From Eledone cirrhosa (Eukaryota): a stretch of DNA of 64,000 bases. The DNA lies in NCBI GenBank assembly GCA_964016885.1, contig OZ024744.1, positions 31,248,001-31,312,000 on the forward strand, given 5' to 3'. Shown in pieces: positions 11,448 through 25,968 of the stretch. How positions within the stretch are numbered: position 1 is the first letter of the stretch; every line of letters starts with the position of its first letter. The notes beneath the pieces are model-generated. The model was not told where the DNA came from, ran no database searches, and was given only the letters and a program-made list of their open reading frames with translations. A program made the position numbers and the translations under genes.

Positions 11448-12166
11448 ATGTATTATCCAACCATATGCCAATGTGGTTCTATGGCAGGTTAATAAATTAA
11501 CGAGCCAGAACATATATAATCAAGGCTTAGCTAATAGAGAAAGAGTTTTAAAATAAATTTTTAAAAGTTTGCTGTACCTACTATATTTACCCTTACCGCG
11601 CGGTTTCAAGTCTCAAAATAAATGGATAATCCTTGCCGAAATTTATTTTAAAACTTTTTCTCTATTTGCTAAACCTTGATTATATATGTTCTGGCTCGTT
11701 AATTTATTAACCTGCCATAGAACCACATTGGCATACTGTTGGATAATACATGTGTCCCTATATGTATTTTTTGCATGTAGGAAAACATACTTTATTATTA
11801 TTAATCACCCCTAAGGTCGAGATAACATTTTGGTCGTTTTAACTGCTGCTATTTCTAGTGGCAGGACATTGACTTTTCCGCCCTTGTCTTCTATCTATAT
11901 ACACGGCACTAGACTAGATTGTTTCTTCATCATACACTCTCATCCGGGAACAGTTCTGTATGGCGCCAGTTCGTGATTTGAACTCGGGAATTATATATTC
12001 TCCTAGTGAGAAGGACTGTCTGACGAAAGTCTTCTTCTCAATGGATTTCCGCAAGGATTATCCATTTATTTTGAGACTTGAAACCGCACGGTAAGGGTAA
12101 ATATAGTAGGTACAGCAAACTTTTAAAAATTTATTTTAAAACTCTTTCTCTGTTAGCTAAACCTTG

Positions 12167-12172
<6 letters not shown>
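11448..12172. repeat. Composite inverted and terminally redundant element
   Basis: 11448-11560 is inverted with 11639-11751; 11515-11636 is inverted with 12051-12172; 11639-11685 repeats directly at 12127-12172. Confidence 0.8.
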
Positions 12173-12199
<27 letters not shown>

Positions 12200-12257
12200 T
12201 GAACCTAATAAACCTTTATTTGTCTGTTTCTCTGTTTTGTTCCTGTATAAATTTACA

Positions 12258-12326
<69 letters not shown>

Positions 12327-12443
12327 CAAAGCCCTTTAAACTGTATGTTATTACTCTGAGGTCTATTCCTCGTCGAGTGCTTGGCTGCATTGCTGAAGGC
12401 ATTCGTTGGCTTAGCTTCTGATCGAACTTCGAATATGCTGTAC

Positions 12444-12515
<72 letters not shown>

Positions 12516-12519
12516 GGAG

Positions 12520-12672
12520 CAGATGTATGAGTATAGAGAGCATGATCTTTCGGCATCGATTTAGTGGTGTGGTCACGTGGTCCGGATGTCTGATCACCGT
12601 ATTCCAAAGCAACCTCTCTACGGTGAACTGTGCGAAGGAAGGCGACCACTACACAAACCAAAAATGCGGTAC
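12520..12672 (+). mobile_element. RTE-clade LINE ORF C-terminal fragment
   Basis: Translates as WCGHVVRMSDHRIPKQPLYGELCEGRRPLHKPKMRY, the post-RT WxGHVxRM motif. Confidence 0.7.
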
Positions 12673-12677
12673 TGGGA

Positions 12678-12784
12678 CTGTAAAGTTAACCTCGGCGGGA
12701 TTTGAACTCAGTCAGTAAAGGGACGTAACTGTGCTGCAAAGCATGGCGTCCGACCCCCTACCGATACTGTCAATCCACCGCCCT
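12678..12784 (-). mobile_element. tRNA-derived SINE 5' part
   Basis: Reverse complement matches 28261-28365; B box gagttcaaatcc. Confidence 0.75.
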
Positions 12785-13234
12785 AAATAAAAAAAAATGT
12801 TTATTGCTAATTTGTTTTATATTGTGTTTGCTGATTTCTGTATTTGCTTATTTTTGTAGATGGCTTGTGTCGATGAGAGGCCAAAGATTCCATGAATGGG
12901 GTTGGTGATCTGAAACATTTGGAAACGCTTACTCTACGAGGTCTCACGTTCCCAGAGAAATAGTAGCCAAATATCACTCCTTTTTCTCTTTGCATTACCT
13001 AATCAAAAGAAAAAGGGAAACACTCGAATTATTTCTTCAGAATCTACGAGACTGACAAGAAGAGAAAAGGAATTTGTTTTCACACCGGAAGGAGATATGG
13101 ACTAAATTCTTGAAATACAGTGAACTCCGGTAAAAGCCCTAAAGCAACAAGTGATAGTTAAGTAAGAGGACAAATTATGTCTACCATCTCCAAAACATAA
13201 ATTCCATACAATTTCATTCTACCCAATTTCACTA

Positions 13235-13355
13235 AAAGGGGCTTAGATGGACCAGAACCCTATTGTAAGAAGATCCTTGTCTATGGTGCCACACTGCGAA
13301 TTCGAACCCAAAACAAAGTGATTGAGATGTGCATTCTTGACCCAGACGTTGGAAT
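13235..13355 (-). mobile_element. Degenerate SINE fragment (second family)
   Basis: B-box-like gggttcgaattc followed by gtggcacc..gacaag..cttct. Confidence 0.4.
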
Positions 13356-13524
13356 GCATCTGATCCTCGCAGTAGGCTCGATGAGCTCTGAACTGGAGCT
13401 AAACCACCACCACCACCACCACCACAACAACAACACAATAACAACAACATAATAATAACAACAACAATATATGTATGTTATTGTCTTTGTACCTTCTTTT
13501 TTCCTCCTTCTTCTTTATCACCTT

Positions 13525-13762
13525 GTTATCCAACCATCTTGCTCAGGGTCTACCCCTGGGTCTCCTGGCGGTTAGTTTTGCACGTAAAATCAGTCCAGCG
13601 ATTCTTTACTGAGACATTCTAACCCCATGTAAATAGTATCAGAACTGTGATCTCTCAATTTGGAGAAGTAGCTGTTCTATCTGAAGTGACTCTACCTGGA
13701 GTGACTCTACCTGAAGTGACTCTACCTGAAGTGACCCTCTGATCCCTGAACTATGCATTCTA
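13525..13762 (-). mobile_element. RTE-type LINE 3' fragment with a 15-bp internal tandem
   Basis: Similar to 21272-21460 and 14585-14680; ctacctgaagtgact x4 at 13677-13738. Confidence 0.65.
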
Positions 13763-13796
13763 ATATATAATTATTTATTTGATTTTCTCTATATAT

Positions 13797-13930
13797 AATT
13801 GTTTCTACTTTAGGCACAAGGCCAGCAATTACCCAGTACATTACTGGTACTTTATTTTATCGACCACGTAAGGATGAAAGGCAAAGTTAACATCGGCGGG
13901 ATTTGAACTCAGACTGTAAAGGGACGTAAT
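13797..13930 (-). mobile_element. tRNA-derived SINE 3' part
   Basis: Reverse complement matches 28318-28440. Confidence 0.75.
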
Positions 13931-14582
13931 TTTCTCTATATATATTACTTTTTTACTCTTTTACCTGTGCCAGGCATCCAGATGAGGCGATGCTGGGGCA
14001 TCGATCTATCTGTTATCGTCATTACTACGACTATCTTCCTCTTTATTTAAGTATCATCCTCTTTCTTTATTATGCTTACATTCTCCATTTTCCTTTCCTT
14101 CCTTTTCTTTCCCTCATGTCTTCCTCTCCCCAGCTTTTTCTTCACCGAGCCAACGCCACTTCGTTTCTTAACTACTGTCTTTACATTTCGACTAGCGGTC
14201 GACTGATGAGATGGGACTGTCTGTACTCGTATATATAATGTTCTGTTTGAAATCTACCACAATGTTAAAAATATAATGATAACAATGGCATGTTCTTTTT
14301 TCATGTTTTTTGTTTTTTTGTAGGTCCTTATATTTCGGTATAAAATCGTTTCATCAAAAGATTAATATAAGAAACTAGTTTGAAGCAGTATATTTAGCTG
14401 CCATTGTTATGAAATTTGGATGTGGTGTTTTATATATTTTCCTTTCAATGCTAGAGGTGCTGAATGAATCATAATATATATGATCTAAGCCATTATTGTA
14501 TCATTTGTGAAATGGAATGAATGTTGTACTGTGTATTTCCATGTTAGCGAGCGTTGAGTTCTAGTCTATTGACTAGCGATTG

Positions 14583-15245
14583 TTACTGAGACATTCTAAC
14601 CATATGTCCATAGTATCAGAGCTGTGAACTCTCAAATCAGTGGTTCTACCTGTAGTAACTCTCTGATCTCAGAACTACACACTTTATCGAGTAACGTTAC
14701 TCCAAAGACCCTTCGGAAGAACCACATTTCAGCCGTTTGTATTCGCGATCCTATTCTTTCGGTCAATACCCAAGATTCGTGACCATAGGTAAGGGTTAGC
14801 ATGAAAACCGAATTGAAGATAGCGAGTTTGGCTTTTACACCTACCTCCCTTCTGATTACCGAATGCTGAAGCCCGTGCATTGCTGCACCAGCTTTTGCAA
14901 TTCTTGCACTTAATTCAACCTCCAGCCTTCCATCACTCTTAAACACTGCCTCAAGATACTTGAACTTCTCTAGCCGCTTCAGTGGAACTCCATTCCCATG
15001 TAACGTGCACTGCGTAAGCTTCCATGAGAGGACGAGTGTTTCAGTTTTCTCAGCACTGATTTTCCTTCCAGCATTGCAGCACTGGGCATCAAACCTATAA
15101 AGTGTATGTCGTAGATCACCTCACTAGGACAATCGTATAGGGACTTCAGAGCAACCAGAAGCTGTCAATTGATCGCATATTCCTGCAGAACGTCCCGCAA
15201 CATATCCCGTGGAACGCGGTCATATGTCTTTTCTGGGTCTACATA
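14583..15245 (-). mobile_element. RTE-clade LINE remnant with an internal deletion
   Basis: YVDPEKTYDRVPRD (RT motif, ~15200-15243) and ORF 14632-14946 RIAKA..LTYGHESW..TAEMWFFRR. Confidence 0.85.
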
Positions 15246-15646
15246 ATCAGCGCATTGTCTATTTTCTTTTTCACAAAATCTTTATTAAACCATCTTCAGT
15301 CGGGTCAACTGGCAATGTGAATATGTTTCGCTAAAGAAATCTAACAGGACGGAACATAACTGTTGCTTTCACCAAATTGGTTTCAAGGCAAGGTCACATA
15401 CCCACAGCATTTTCTGAAACAGCTGAAATCAGCCAAGGCTTTAGGAGTTATCACATTTTCTTGCTTAAATGACTGTTCACCCCAAATGGGAGTTTCTGTA
15501 TTGAAATTACGCGGATAGTTTCGGTTGAACGAATTTTTCCTGGCTCGCCATATTCAGCCAGCGAGACTGAATACTCTTTAAGCAGGCCTCTGTTCAGATA
15601 TTTTCGCGTTACACTTTGTCAACAAAAGAATGCACACACACGCACA

Positions 15647-15677
<31 letters not shown>

Positions 15678-16154
15678 GCACACATACACACATGTATATA
15701 TGATTGCATGTATGTATATATGGACAGATACATATTGAGTCAATGTCTGAGTATATCTGTAAAAGACAGAGAGTAAGAGAGAGACAGAGAGATGGGGAGA
15801 GAGACGAAGAGAGACGGAGAGAGAGAGATGGGGATAGTGGGTGAGATATGAGAGAAGAAGTATGGATTCATTGTATATACCAGAAGTTATTTCATTACTA
15901 AATATATAAGTGGGATGAAATAATTGAATACACACACATACACTCAGACACATGCTAAAACACATATATTCTCACACATATACACATTTACACACACATA
16001 TAGACAATGGCACGTACCCAAACACAAACATCTTCTAGGAAGTATTTATTCAATCTATGTATGTATTCATATATACATAGATACACACACACACATATAC
16101 ACATTTATATATATATATGTATATACACACACGTATACACATATATAAATATAC

Positions 16155-16186
<32 letters not shown>

Positions 16187-16212
16187 GTGTATGTATATAT
16201 GTATGTATGCAT

Positions 16213-16331
<119 letters not shown>

Positions 16332-16358
16332 GCATATACATATATATATATATATATA

Positions 16359-16547
16359 GAAACGAGTAGGACCCCGACGGCTGAGCTCAAGCCGTTTCGA
16401 CGGCTAATTCTGGTCAGAATTAGCCGTCGAAACGGCTTGAGCTCAGCCGTCGGGGTCCTACTCGTTCCTATTACCCACTCTACTACCCTAAGTATTGAGT
16501 ACTTTGGTGCGTTATGGTCCACCTCGTTCCTTACCACATTTCCTTCG

Positions 16548-16549
<2 letters not shown>
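16359..16549 (+). mobile_element. Fold-back family A element in (TA)n
   Basis: Same layout as 8391-8586; apex at 16413-16414. Confidence 0.85.
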
Positions 16550-16610
<61 letters not shown>

Positions 16611-16611
<1 letters not shown>

Positions 16612-18809
16612 TAGCAGAAGTGCCCGGCGTTGCTCGGGGCTGAATTGCTTGAAAGTACTGTTAATGATTGCCCTGAATTATGATTATTCAGGCAAAGATT
16701 GATATAAGTTTACGCCGAATGAATCTATTTGTAAGTGTATAGAAAGCCCTGTAAAGGGGTTCCTACCCCTCGTAGAATGGTGTAAGAATTGAATCTGAGG
16801 TTGCCTTGAAAAGGGCCATGTTATTGTTCTCATAATTGTAAGAATTTGATAGTCGTGGAAGGGGGTGTAAAACGTTCGCAGGTGAATAGGGCCTCTTCGT
16901 TTTCCACGAACGGCAGCGGATGTGCTGTTACAAAACTTCATGGTGTGTTAAAAGAGAATCGATGCCCTATGTAGGCAAGAGGGGAATTAAGTATGGGTAA
17001 GTAAATACGGGTAATTTATAAAATCTAGAACAATAGCATCTACTCACCATATGTCAGACCGGCAAGACTGTAGTGGTGCTGAATAGATGAATCACAACAC
17101 GTCTGTGGCGGAGATGTTGTTTTCATTGATCAGCGTTATGAGTAAATTTGTTGTATAAAATGATCTGTTGCTTAGTTTTGAAAGTGTATGTTGCGATCGT
17201 GTTGTCGCTGATGTAAAGTTTAATAGTGAGAGTGTAGATGTAGGGGTAGATGTCTCATGTACGTTGGATATAGAAGATGAGGCTGCTGGTTTGATGACGA
17301 ATGGATGGAAATAGAGGTGAGCGGAGGACAGGTGTTGGTTAAGTGTGAAGTAATTTCAGGAAACGCCTAAAAATGTAAATGCCATCATAAAAGAGAGTCG
17401 TATGTAAGTGAAATACTAACGTGTTGTTCCAAAATGATGAAGCGTAGTAATCCTATAAAACCTCCTTGTACACAATGTTTTTCGTTTTTCGTTGTGGAAC
17501 GAACGCGAAAGCATCACTGTTGCTGCCGACACGCGAGCAGCCAGCATAAAGCTGACCATGAGAGAAACATGGCTCCCCCAAATGTATTCCGCTACAGACA
17601 GTGTTTGACCCTGCGCTTTGTTAATTGACATAGCGAAACATGAAATGGAAGGGTAGTATTATCCCCATGAAGATTAACAACCGAAAATGAAAATAATTAT
17701 GTCGTTTGATTTTACGATTGAAAGAAAATAATTTTTATTTGTTAATGAAGTGTGTATGTGTGGTTAGAAATCCGGCACGTGGTTAAATTGATTTAAAGTT
17801 TAATTATTCATTTGATGTGAGTGTGTGTTTGTATGTGTTTGCAAATAAATAAATCAGTTTGAAGACTCACATTTAGAATAAACGAAATTGTACGTTAATG
17901 TGGCTAATGTTTTTGTTGTTTAGTCTGTAAAGTGTATGAGTTGAAATGTAAGGGTATTAGTATCCCCATGAAAATTAACAGCCGAAAATGAAAATAATTA
18001 TGTCGTTTAATTTTACGATTTAAAGAAAAGAATTGTCGCAAATTATTAGTTTATTTTTTAATGAAGTGGGTATTTGTGGTTATAAATCCCGCACGTTGTT
18101 TAATTGCTTTAAATTTTTTTTGATCAATTTATGTGAGTGTGTGTTTGTATGTGTTTGTAAATAAATCATTAAGTTTGAAGCAACTAAAAGTTAGTGTGGT
18201 TATAAATCACGCACGTTGTTTAATTGCTTTAAATGTGTTTTTATCATTTGAAGTGAGTGTGTGTTTGTATGCGTTTGGAAATAAATCAGTAAGTTTGAAG
18301 CAACTAAAAGTTAGACCGAGGAACGATTGAAAAACATTGTAACTCACATTTTTAAAAGATGCGCGTGCCTGCTAACGGTGAATAAACCAAATTTAGTATA
18401 AAAGAGAAAGTAGCAAAATGTGTGGGTTGTAGATAGAGATAAGCAGATGATATGAGAGAGTAAAACGGACAGTATCACCATCAACATGAACAATGTAAAA
18501 TGAAAAGAATAATTTAGTTTCATTTTATGTGTTGTTTCAGCTTGGAAAGAGAAAGTAGCAGAAAGTATGAAGTTGTATAGATTTTGAAGGGTAATGGAAA
18601 GAGTTTAGCAGTTGAAATGAGAGAGATAAATCGTAAAATATTGAGTTTTATCGATTTTTTGCTTAATTGTGGATGAAATTGAAAAATATATATTTGCCAT
18701 GACCCAATTGAAGGTATTTCGAATACTGAATTGTAAATATCAATTGAAATTCTATATCGTAGATTTCTATAACAAAGAAACATGACCATACACTGAGCTT
18801 TATAGATTA

Positions 18810-18812
<3 letters not shown>
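16611..18812 (-). mobile_element. Non-autonomous Helitron with a PIF1-helicase C-terminal fragment
   Basis: Has the same CTAG end and cccggcgttgctcggg hairpin as 1901, and a 5' TC at ~18806-18812. 17455-17640 encodes CFAMSINKAQGQTL../..CFSHGQLYAGCSRV..KNIVYKEVL. Internal duplications lie at 17650-18315. Confidence 0.85.
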
Positions 18813-19314
<502 letters not shown>

Positions 19315-19597
19315 TTATAGTTCCTGTCTGTTTGTTTGTTTGTCCTATGGTTTTGGAGATAGACCCCCATAAACTTATATATTCTGAAACTACATTGCCC
19401 TGGGTACTTGGATAAATATATTTCATTTTAATCAAAGGGTTCCTCGCTGAAAATCTTTTCCCTTCGATTTATATGAAATTTAAACCATAGGTAAATGAAA
19501 AGATATGATGACTATTCACAAAATTTCAGCAAATTTCAATAATATTAAGACACCCCTAATGCGAGTTAAACCCCTTATAGTGAAAATGTTGGCCAAT

Positions 19598-19957
19598 AAA
19601 TGGAACAAGATGTCTTGTAACAAGATTGCGTGAGAACTTGATTGAAGCAACCATAATATTAGGGGCTTACAAAGGTCAAACTCTTCTCATTCCGAGCATT
19701 CCACTTATACCAAGTGGTAGCGAGTTGCCTTTTACATTTCAGAGGCTGCAGTTCCCAGTGAGGGCATGCTTTGCCATGAGCATCAATAAGAGTCAAGGTC
19801 AAACTTTCAAAACTATTAGTATATCTGACAAAACTCATGTTTCAGTCATGGCATGTTTTATGTGGCTGTTTCAAGGACTGGAACTCCAAAAAATCTCTAC
19901 ATTTTAGTCAATCAAAGTAAGACAAGAACTGTTGTTTACCCTGAAGTTCTTCATTAG
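19598..19957 (+). pseudogene. Helitron RepHel PIF1-helicase C-terminal fragment
   Basis: NGTRCLVTRLRENLIEATI..IPLIPS..LPFTFQRLQFPVRACFAMSINKSQGQT../..FSHGMFYVAVSR..VVYPEVL*. Confidence 0.85.
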
Positions 19958-20319
19958 GACAAAGTATGAAATATATTTTCATGTATTTATTATGTTAAAA
20001 AATAAATAATTAAACTTTGAATTTCTAATTTGAAAATAATGCTTTACACAAAAACGAAATGATCAAGTTTTGAATTGATATTTTGAAAAAAATTATTTAC
20101 AAGAACCAAAATAAGAATAGGATTTAATAATGTAATTTTGATTTGATATATTACAAAAAATAATATTTTCCAATTTTTCATGCATTACATTTTACATTGA
20201 GTAATATTGAAATGTAGAGTTTTTCTTCATAAATGATATCACTGTTTAAAAATAAATCATCATTTTCTTACAAAAAGAAAAAAATTTTATATAACAACAA
20301 TGCTCAGAAACAGTAAGGA

Positions 20320-20367
<48 letters not shown>

Positions 20368-20479
20368 GGAGAACAATATCAAAGTTCTATAAAATTACAC
20401 CTTTTTTGTTGATTTTCTGAGAAAACGTTTTAAAGAGCTACAACAACGATACTATATTGAACTATTTATGATAATTAGG

Positions 20480-20882
20480 GAGCTGACGTTTTGGGACTTG
20501 TTCTCCGCCTCCAGCCGTGTCACTTTAGCCACAAAACTACGTTTAGCTGCTTGTCATACAAAGAAGAGGAAGATAGTTAAACACTGGGGCCTGACTGACC
20601 AATTCTCCTCTGTAGCTGTCACAGTGGAGACCTCTGATGTCCTTGGTCCCCACATCATTACAGAAGAGAAGACCTCTGGTATCCTTGGTACCCATATTAC
20701 TACAGAAGAGAAGACCTCTGGTGTCCTTGGTCCCCACATTACCACAGAGGAGAGGACCTCTGATGTCCTTGGTCCCCATATTACCACAGAGGAGAGGAAG
20801 ATAGTTAACTACCAGGGCCTGGCTGACCACTTCCTCTTTGTACCTGTCTCGGTTAAGACCTCTGATGTTCTCGGTCCCCGCA
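20480..20882 (+). mobile_element. CRE-like non-LTR restriction-like endonuclease remnant with a 42-bp tandem expansion
   Basis: ERKIVNYQGLADHFLFVPVSVKTSDVLGP resembles the K..KY..L....F.PVA.ET.G..GP motif; the unit gacctctgatgtccttggtccccatattaccacagaggagag occurs x4. Confidence 0.5.
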
Positions 20883-20998
20883 TCCTGCTTCAGGAAGGGG
20901 TCCTGTCAGGTGTGATGGCTGTTGTAGCGGGTTTCTCTGGCCATTCTCCGCGATAATACCTTTACCATTTTGTCCTTGGGACGCAATTCTGTCTAGTC

Positions 20999-21155
<157 letters not shown>

Positions 21156-21164
21156 CTGAGAGGG

Positions 21165-21532
21165 TCATGGGACAGAGCCCTTAAACATCCTTCCAGCAGC
21201 TCCTGTCAGAAGCGACTGTCTCTATCTAATCCGGCTGGATACCCAAGCGTGACCAGCCAAGCTCATGGATGCTATCCAACCATCTTGCTCAGAATCTACC
21301 TCTGGGTCTCCTGCCAGTTGGTTTTGCCTGTAAAATATGTCCAGCAATTCTTTACTGAGACATTCTAACCACATGTCCACAGTATCAGAGCTGTGATCTC
21401 TCAATTCAGAGAAGTAGCGGCTCTACCTGGAGTAACTCTCTGATCTCAGAGCTATGCACTTTATCGAGTAACGTTACTCCAAAGACCTTTCGGAGGAACC
21501 ACATTTCGGCCGCTTGTATTCGCAACCGTATT
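21165..21532 (-). mobile_element. RTE-type LINE 3' fragment
   Basis: Similar to 14585-14752 and 13525-13760. Confidence 0.7.
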
Positions 21533-21830
21533 TACTTACAATTAAAATTCGAAATTTCCATCAATAACATTTTCCGATGTCCAACTTCAAATGTCTACTG
21601 CATTACATGGGAATGTAAAATATCTTTGGTGTTCTTCTTTTTTTCTTTTCTAAGACTAAAGAACGTATCGAACAAAGCCCCATAGACTATGACCTCTTCT
21701 TAGAAAAGGTGTACCACTGTGCAAAAAATTCAGCTATCTAGGTGCAAAACTATGGCTCACAAATTGAAACGCACACACGTACATACATTCGAACATACAT
21801 ACAAACATACATACATAGATACATACATAT

Positions 21831-21941
<111 letters not shown>

Positions 21942-22164
21942 CATATATATATTCATGCACAAACACTTACATTCACTTTTATATAAAATAAGATAACGGA
22001 CGTAGATAATTTTTGTGAATACCTCAGTAACCAGAGAAAACTTGGCAAGAATGTTTACATAATTTTTAATACATATATATATATATATATAAATATGTGT
22101 ATATATATATATAAATATATATATATATAAATATATATATATATAAATATATATATATATAAAT

Positions 22165-22225
<61 letters not shown>

Positions 22226-22302
22226 CATGTATATATTTATATATATACAGATATATAAATATATACATATATTTATATATACATATATATACATATATAT
22301 AA

Positions 22303-22500
<198 letters not shown>

Positions 22501-22513
22501 ATTTATATTTATA

Positions 22514-22546
<33 letters not shown>

Positions 22547-22591
22547 ATATATATTTATATATATGCGCATATACTTCTATATGCATGTGTG

Positions 22592-22648
<57 letters not shown>

Positions 22649-22851
22649 ATGTATATATGAGTATGTGTGTGTAATACATCTATAAATAACTGTAATCAGG
22701 AGTGCTGATTGTGGGTGAATATATGACCTCCTAGACCCAAACAATTACTTGTTTGATATTATTTTCTCTTGATTTTAGAACAATCACTTAACAATCACCT
22801 GAGAGACGGCATATTATGTAGGACGAATGACATCAACGTGGTAGCACTAAC

Positions 22852-23110
22852 CTTCTTCTTCTTCTTCTTCTTCTTCTTCTTCTTCTTCTTCTTCTTCTTC
22901 TTCTTCTTCTTCTTCTTCTTCTTCTTCTTCTTCTTCTTCTTCTTCTTCTTCTTCTTCTTCTTCTTCTTCTTCTTCTTCTTCTTCTTCTTCTTCTTCTTCT
23001 TCTTCTTCTTCTTCTTCTTCTTCTTCTTCTTCTTCTTCTTCTTCTTCTTCTTCTTCTTCTTCTTCTTCTTCTTCTTCTTCTTCTTCTTCTTCTTCTTCTT
23101 CTTCTTCTTC
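22852..23110. repeat. Long pure (CTT)n microsatellite
   Basis: About 86 uninterrupted units. Confidence 0.97.
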
Positions 23111-23685
23111 ACGCACTTATTTTTGTCCGTAACATCTGTCCACTGATTCTTTCCTGAGACATTCTAACCACATGCTCATAATATCAGAGTTGTGATCTCT
23201 TAAATCGAAGAAGTAGCGGCTCTACCTGTTGTGACTTTCTGATGGAACGTCAGACCCCTGAATTAATGTGCAAGGAGTTGAGTAGCCTCCAGACATGTGT
23301 GACCTGAATGTGTTATTCTAGAGTCAAATCAGCGTGACAATTTCGTAGCACGAAACTCCTGATGAAATCGTAGGGACGTCGTAGTGTCATACGGCGTTTC
23401 TTATGTATTTTGTATACCTGGCAGAGCCCATCTCCTCTTCAGATCTGAATACAGCAGATTTCTTCCAGAGAAGGGTAGAAAGTGAGAGAGAGGAAATGAA
23501 AAAAGAGATATAGAGGAAAAACCGTCTCCAGTACTAGACTGATACTTTTTCTAGTTTGTCATCGTTGAATTTTTAAAAAACCAGAATTCGTCGTTTGGTT
23601 TACATATTGAGACCCCTATTTATTTTATAACATATGAGATTTCTAGAAGAAGAAGAAGAAGAAGAAGAAGAAGAAGAAGAAGAAG

Positions 23686-23717
<32 letters not shown>

Positions 23718-24208
23718 TTCGTGAGTGAATTATAATGATATTATAATAATATAATATTATTAATATTGTGTTTGTTTATAAGTAAACACTCTCATAACAC
23801 CACGTGGTATATGACATCGTCATCCTTTTGTTCCAGTGGTAGATGAGAGAAAACAATCGACAATTGATTATTTCGGGGTGTCTCGCTCCTTGTCAAGATT
23901 GTGTATTCTGCTCGTTAGCTACCGTCTGGAACTGGTGAGAATACACAGAATTCTCAAATGTATACAACTGCTGATTAGCCGCATTTGCATACCAAGCGAT
24001 CTTACGACTGGCTTTGCCGGAAATTAAAAGAGATTGCTGCTCAAACATTTCATTGCTTTACGATCGTTTCAAAAGGTAGATTGATTATGATAAATCGATA
24101 TAGTGACTAATTGACAGTAGTTATACAACCAGATATTATTAGTCTCGATAATCTAGATACATCTCACCGTCATCCTCAGAAACAGTGAGCTCATATATAT
24201 ATATATAT

Positions 24209-24470
24209 GAAAAGTGTCAGGACCCCGACGGCAGAGCTCCGGTCGTTTCGACAGTTAGATCCGAACCGATCTGGCTAGATCCCCAAACCTGACCAGTTAA
24301 GTTCATGGACGTTATCCAACCATCTTGCTCGTGGTCTACTCCGGAGTCTTCTGTCGGAGCTCAGTCGTCGAGGTCCTGACTCTTTTCATATTATCCACTC
24401 TACTACCCTAAGTATTGAGTACTCTGGTGCGTTATGGACTAGCTGGTATCTTACCATTCACTCTTTGTTG
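24209..24470 (+). mobile_element. Diverged family A element with foreign sequence in the loop
   Basis: Arms ggaccccgacggcagagctcc / ggagctcagtcgtcgaggtcc, family A tail, and LINE-like tatccaaccatcttgctc at ~24313. Confidence 0.7.
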
Positions 24471-24562
24471 TGTATACATACACACACACACACATGTATG
24501 TACATATATATATATACACACACATATACATACACATATATATATATGTATATATATGTATA

Positions 24563-24966
<404 letters not shown>

Positions 24967-25027
24967 AATATATATATATATATATACATAATATATAAGA
25001 TCAAAAGATGGTTAAAGGAGTTCCATG

Positions 25028-25098
25028 TATTTTATTATGCGCATTTCAAAAACAAACATCATCATGCAATAATATTTGTGTTTTCATCAGATAAAACA
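25028..25098 (-). ncRNA. Type I hammerhead ribozyme (inverted copy)
   Basis: Reverse complement of 25225-25295. Confidence 0.85.
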
Positions 25099-25224
25099 GG
25101 AGGACATGATATGAAGGCTAAAAAACACTTGTGGATAGTGCAGTTTTAAATCAACATATCATGATATGTTGATTTAAAACTGCACTATCCACAAGTGTTT
25201 TTTAGCCTTCATATCATGTCCTCC

Positions 25225-25295
25225 TGTTTTATCTGATGAAAACACAAATATTATTGCATGATGATGTTTGTTTTTGAAATGCGCATAATAAAATA
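25225..25295 (+). ncRNA. Type I hammerhead ribozyme
   Basis: tgttttat CTGATGA aaacacaaatattatt-gcat-gatgatgtttgttttt GAAA tgcgca TA ataaaata; palindromic stem III (atgcgcat). Confidence 0.88.
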
Positions 25296-25434
25296 CATGG
25301 AACTCCTTTAACCATCCTTTGATCTTATATATTATGTATACTCCAGTCCTACAAACTGTAGAGTGCTTCTTATCCGATATCTGCATTGCTTTATTGTACT
25401 ACAATAAAACTCACCTCCTACATTATATATGTAC

Positions 25435-25962
<528 letters not shown>

Positions 25963-25968
<6 letters not shown>

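Larger units (their letters stand above)
24983..25425 (+). mobile_element. Fold-back element: ~358-bp near-perfect palindrome plus tail with AATAAA
   Basis: Centre at 25161/25162 (atatca|tgatat); arms span 24983-25340. Confidence 0.9.

Noticed and set aside
12807-12998. Possible host exon on the minus strand
   Set aside because: An acceptor-like site is present, but there is no recognisable protein or partner exon.
13830-13852. SINE origin of the satellite (shared cccagtac)
   Set aside because: The match is only 8-9 bp, too short to support.
14196-14240. CTGATGA followed by a weak hairpin
   Set aside because: GTAT replaces GAAA and there is no stem I.
23353-23402. CTGATGA within imperfect palindromes
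   Set aside because: No downstream GAAA or stem III arrangement.
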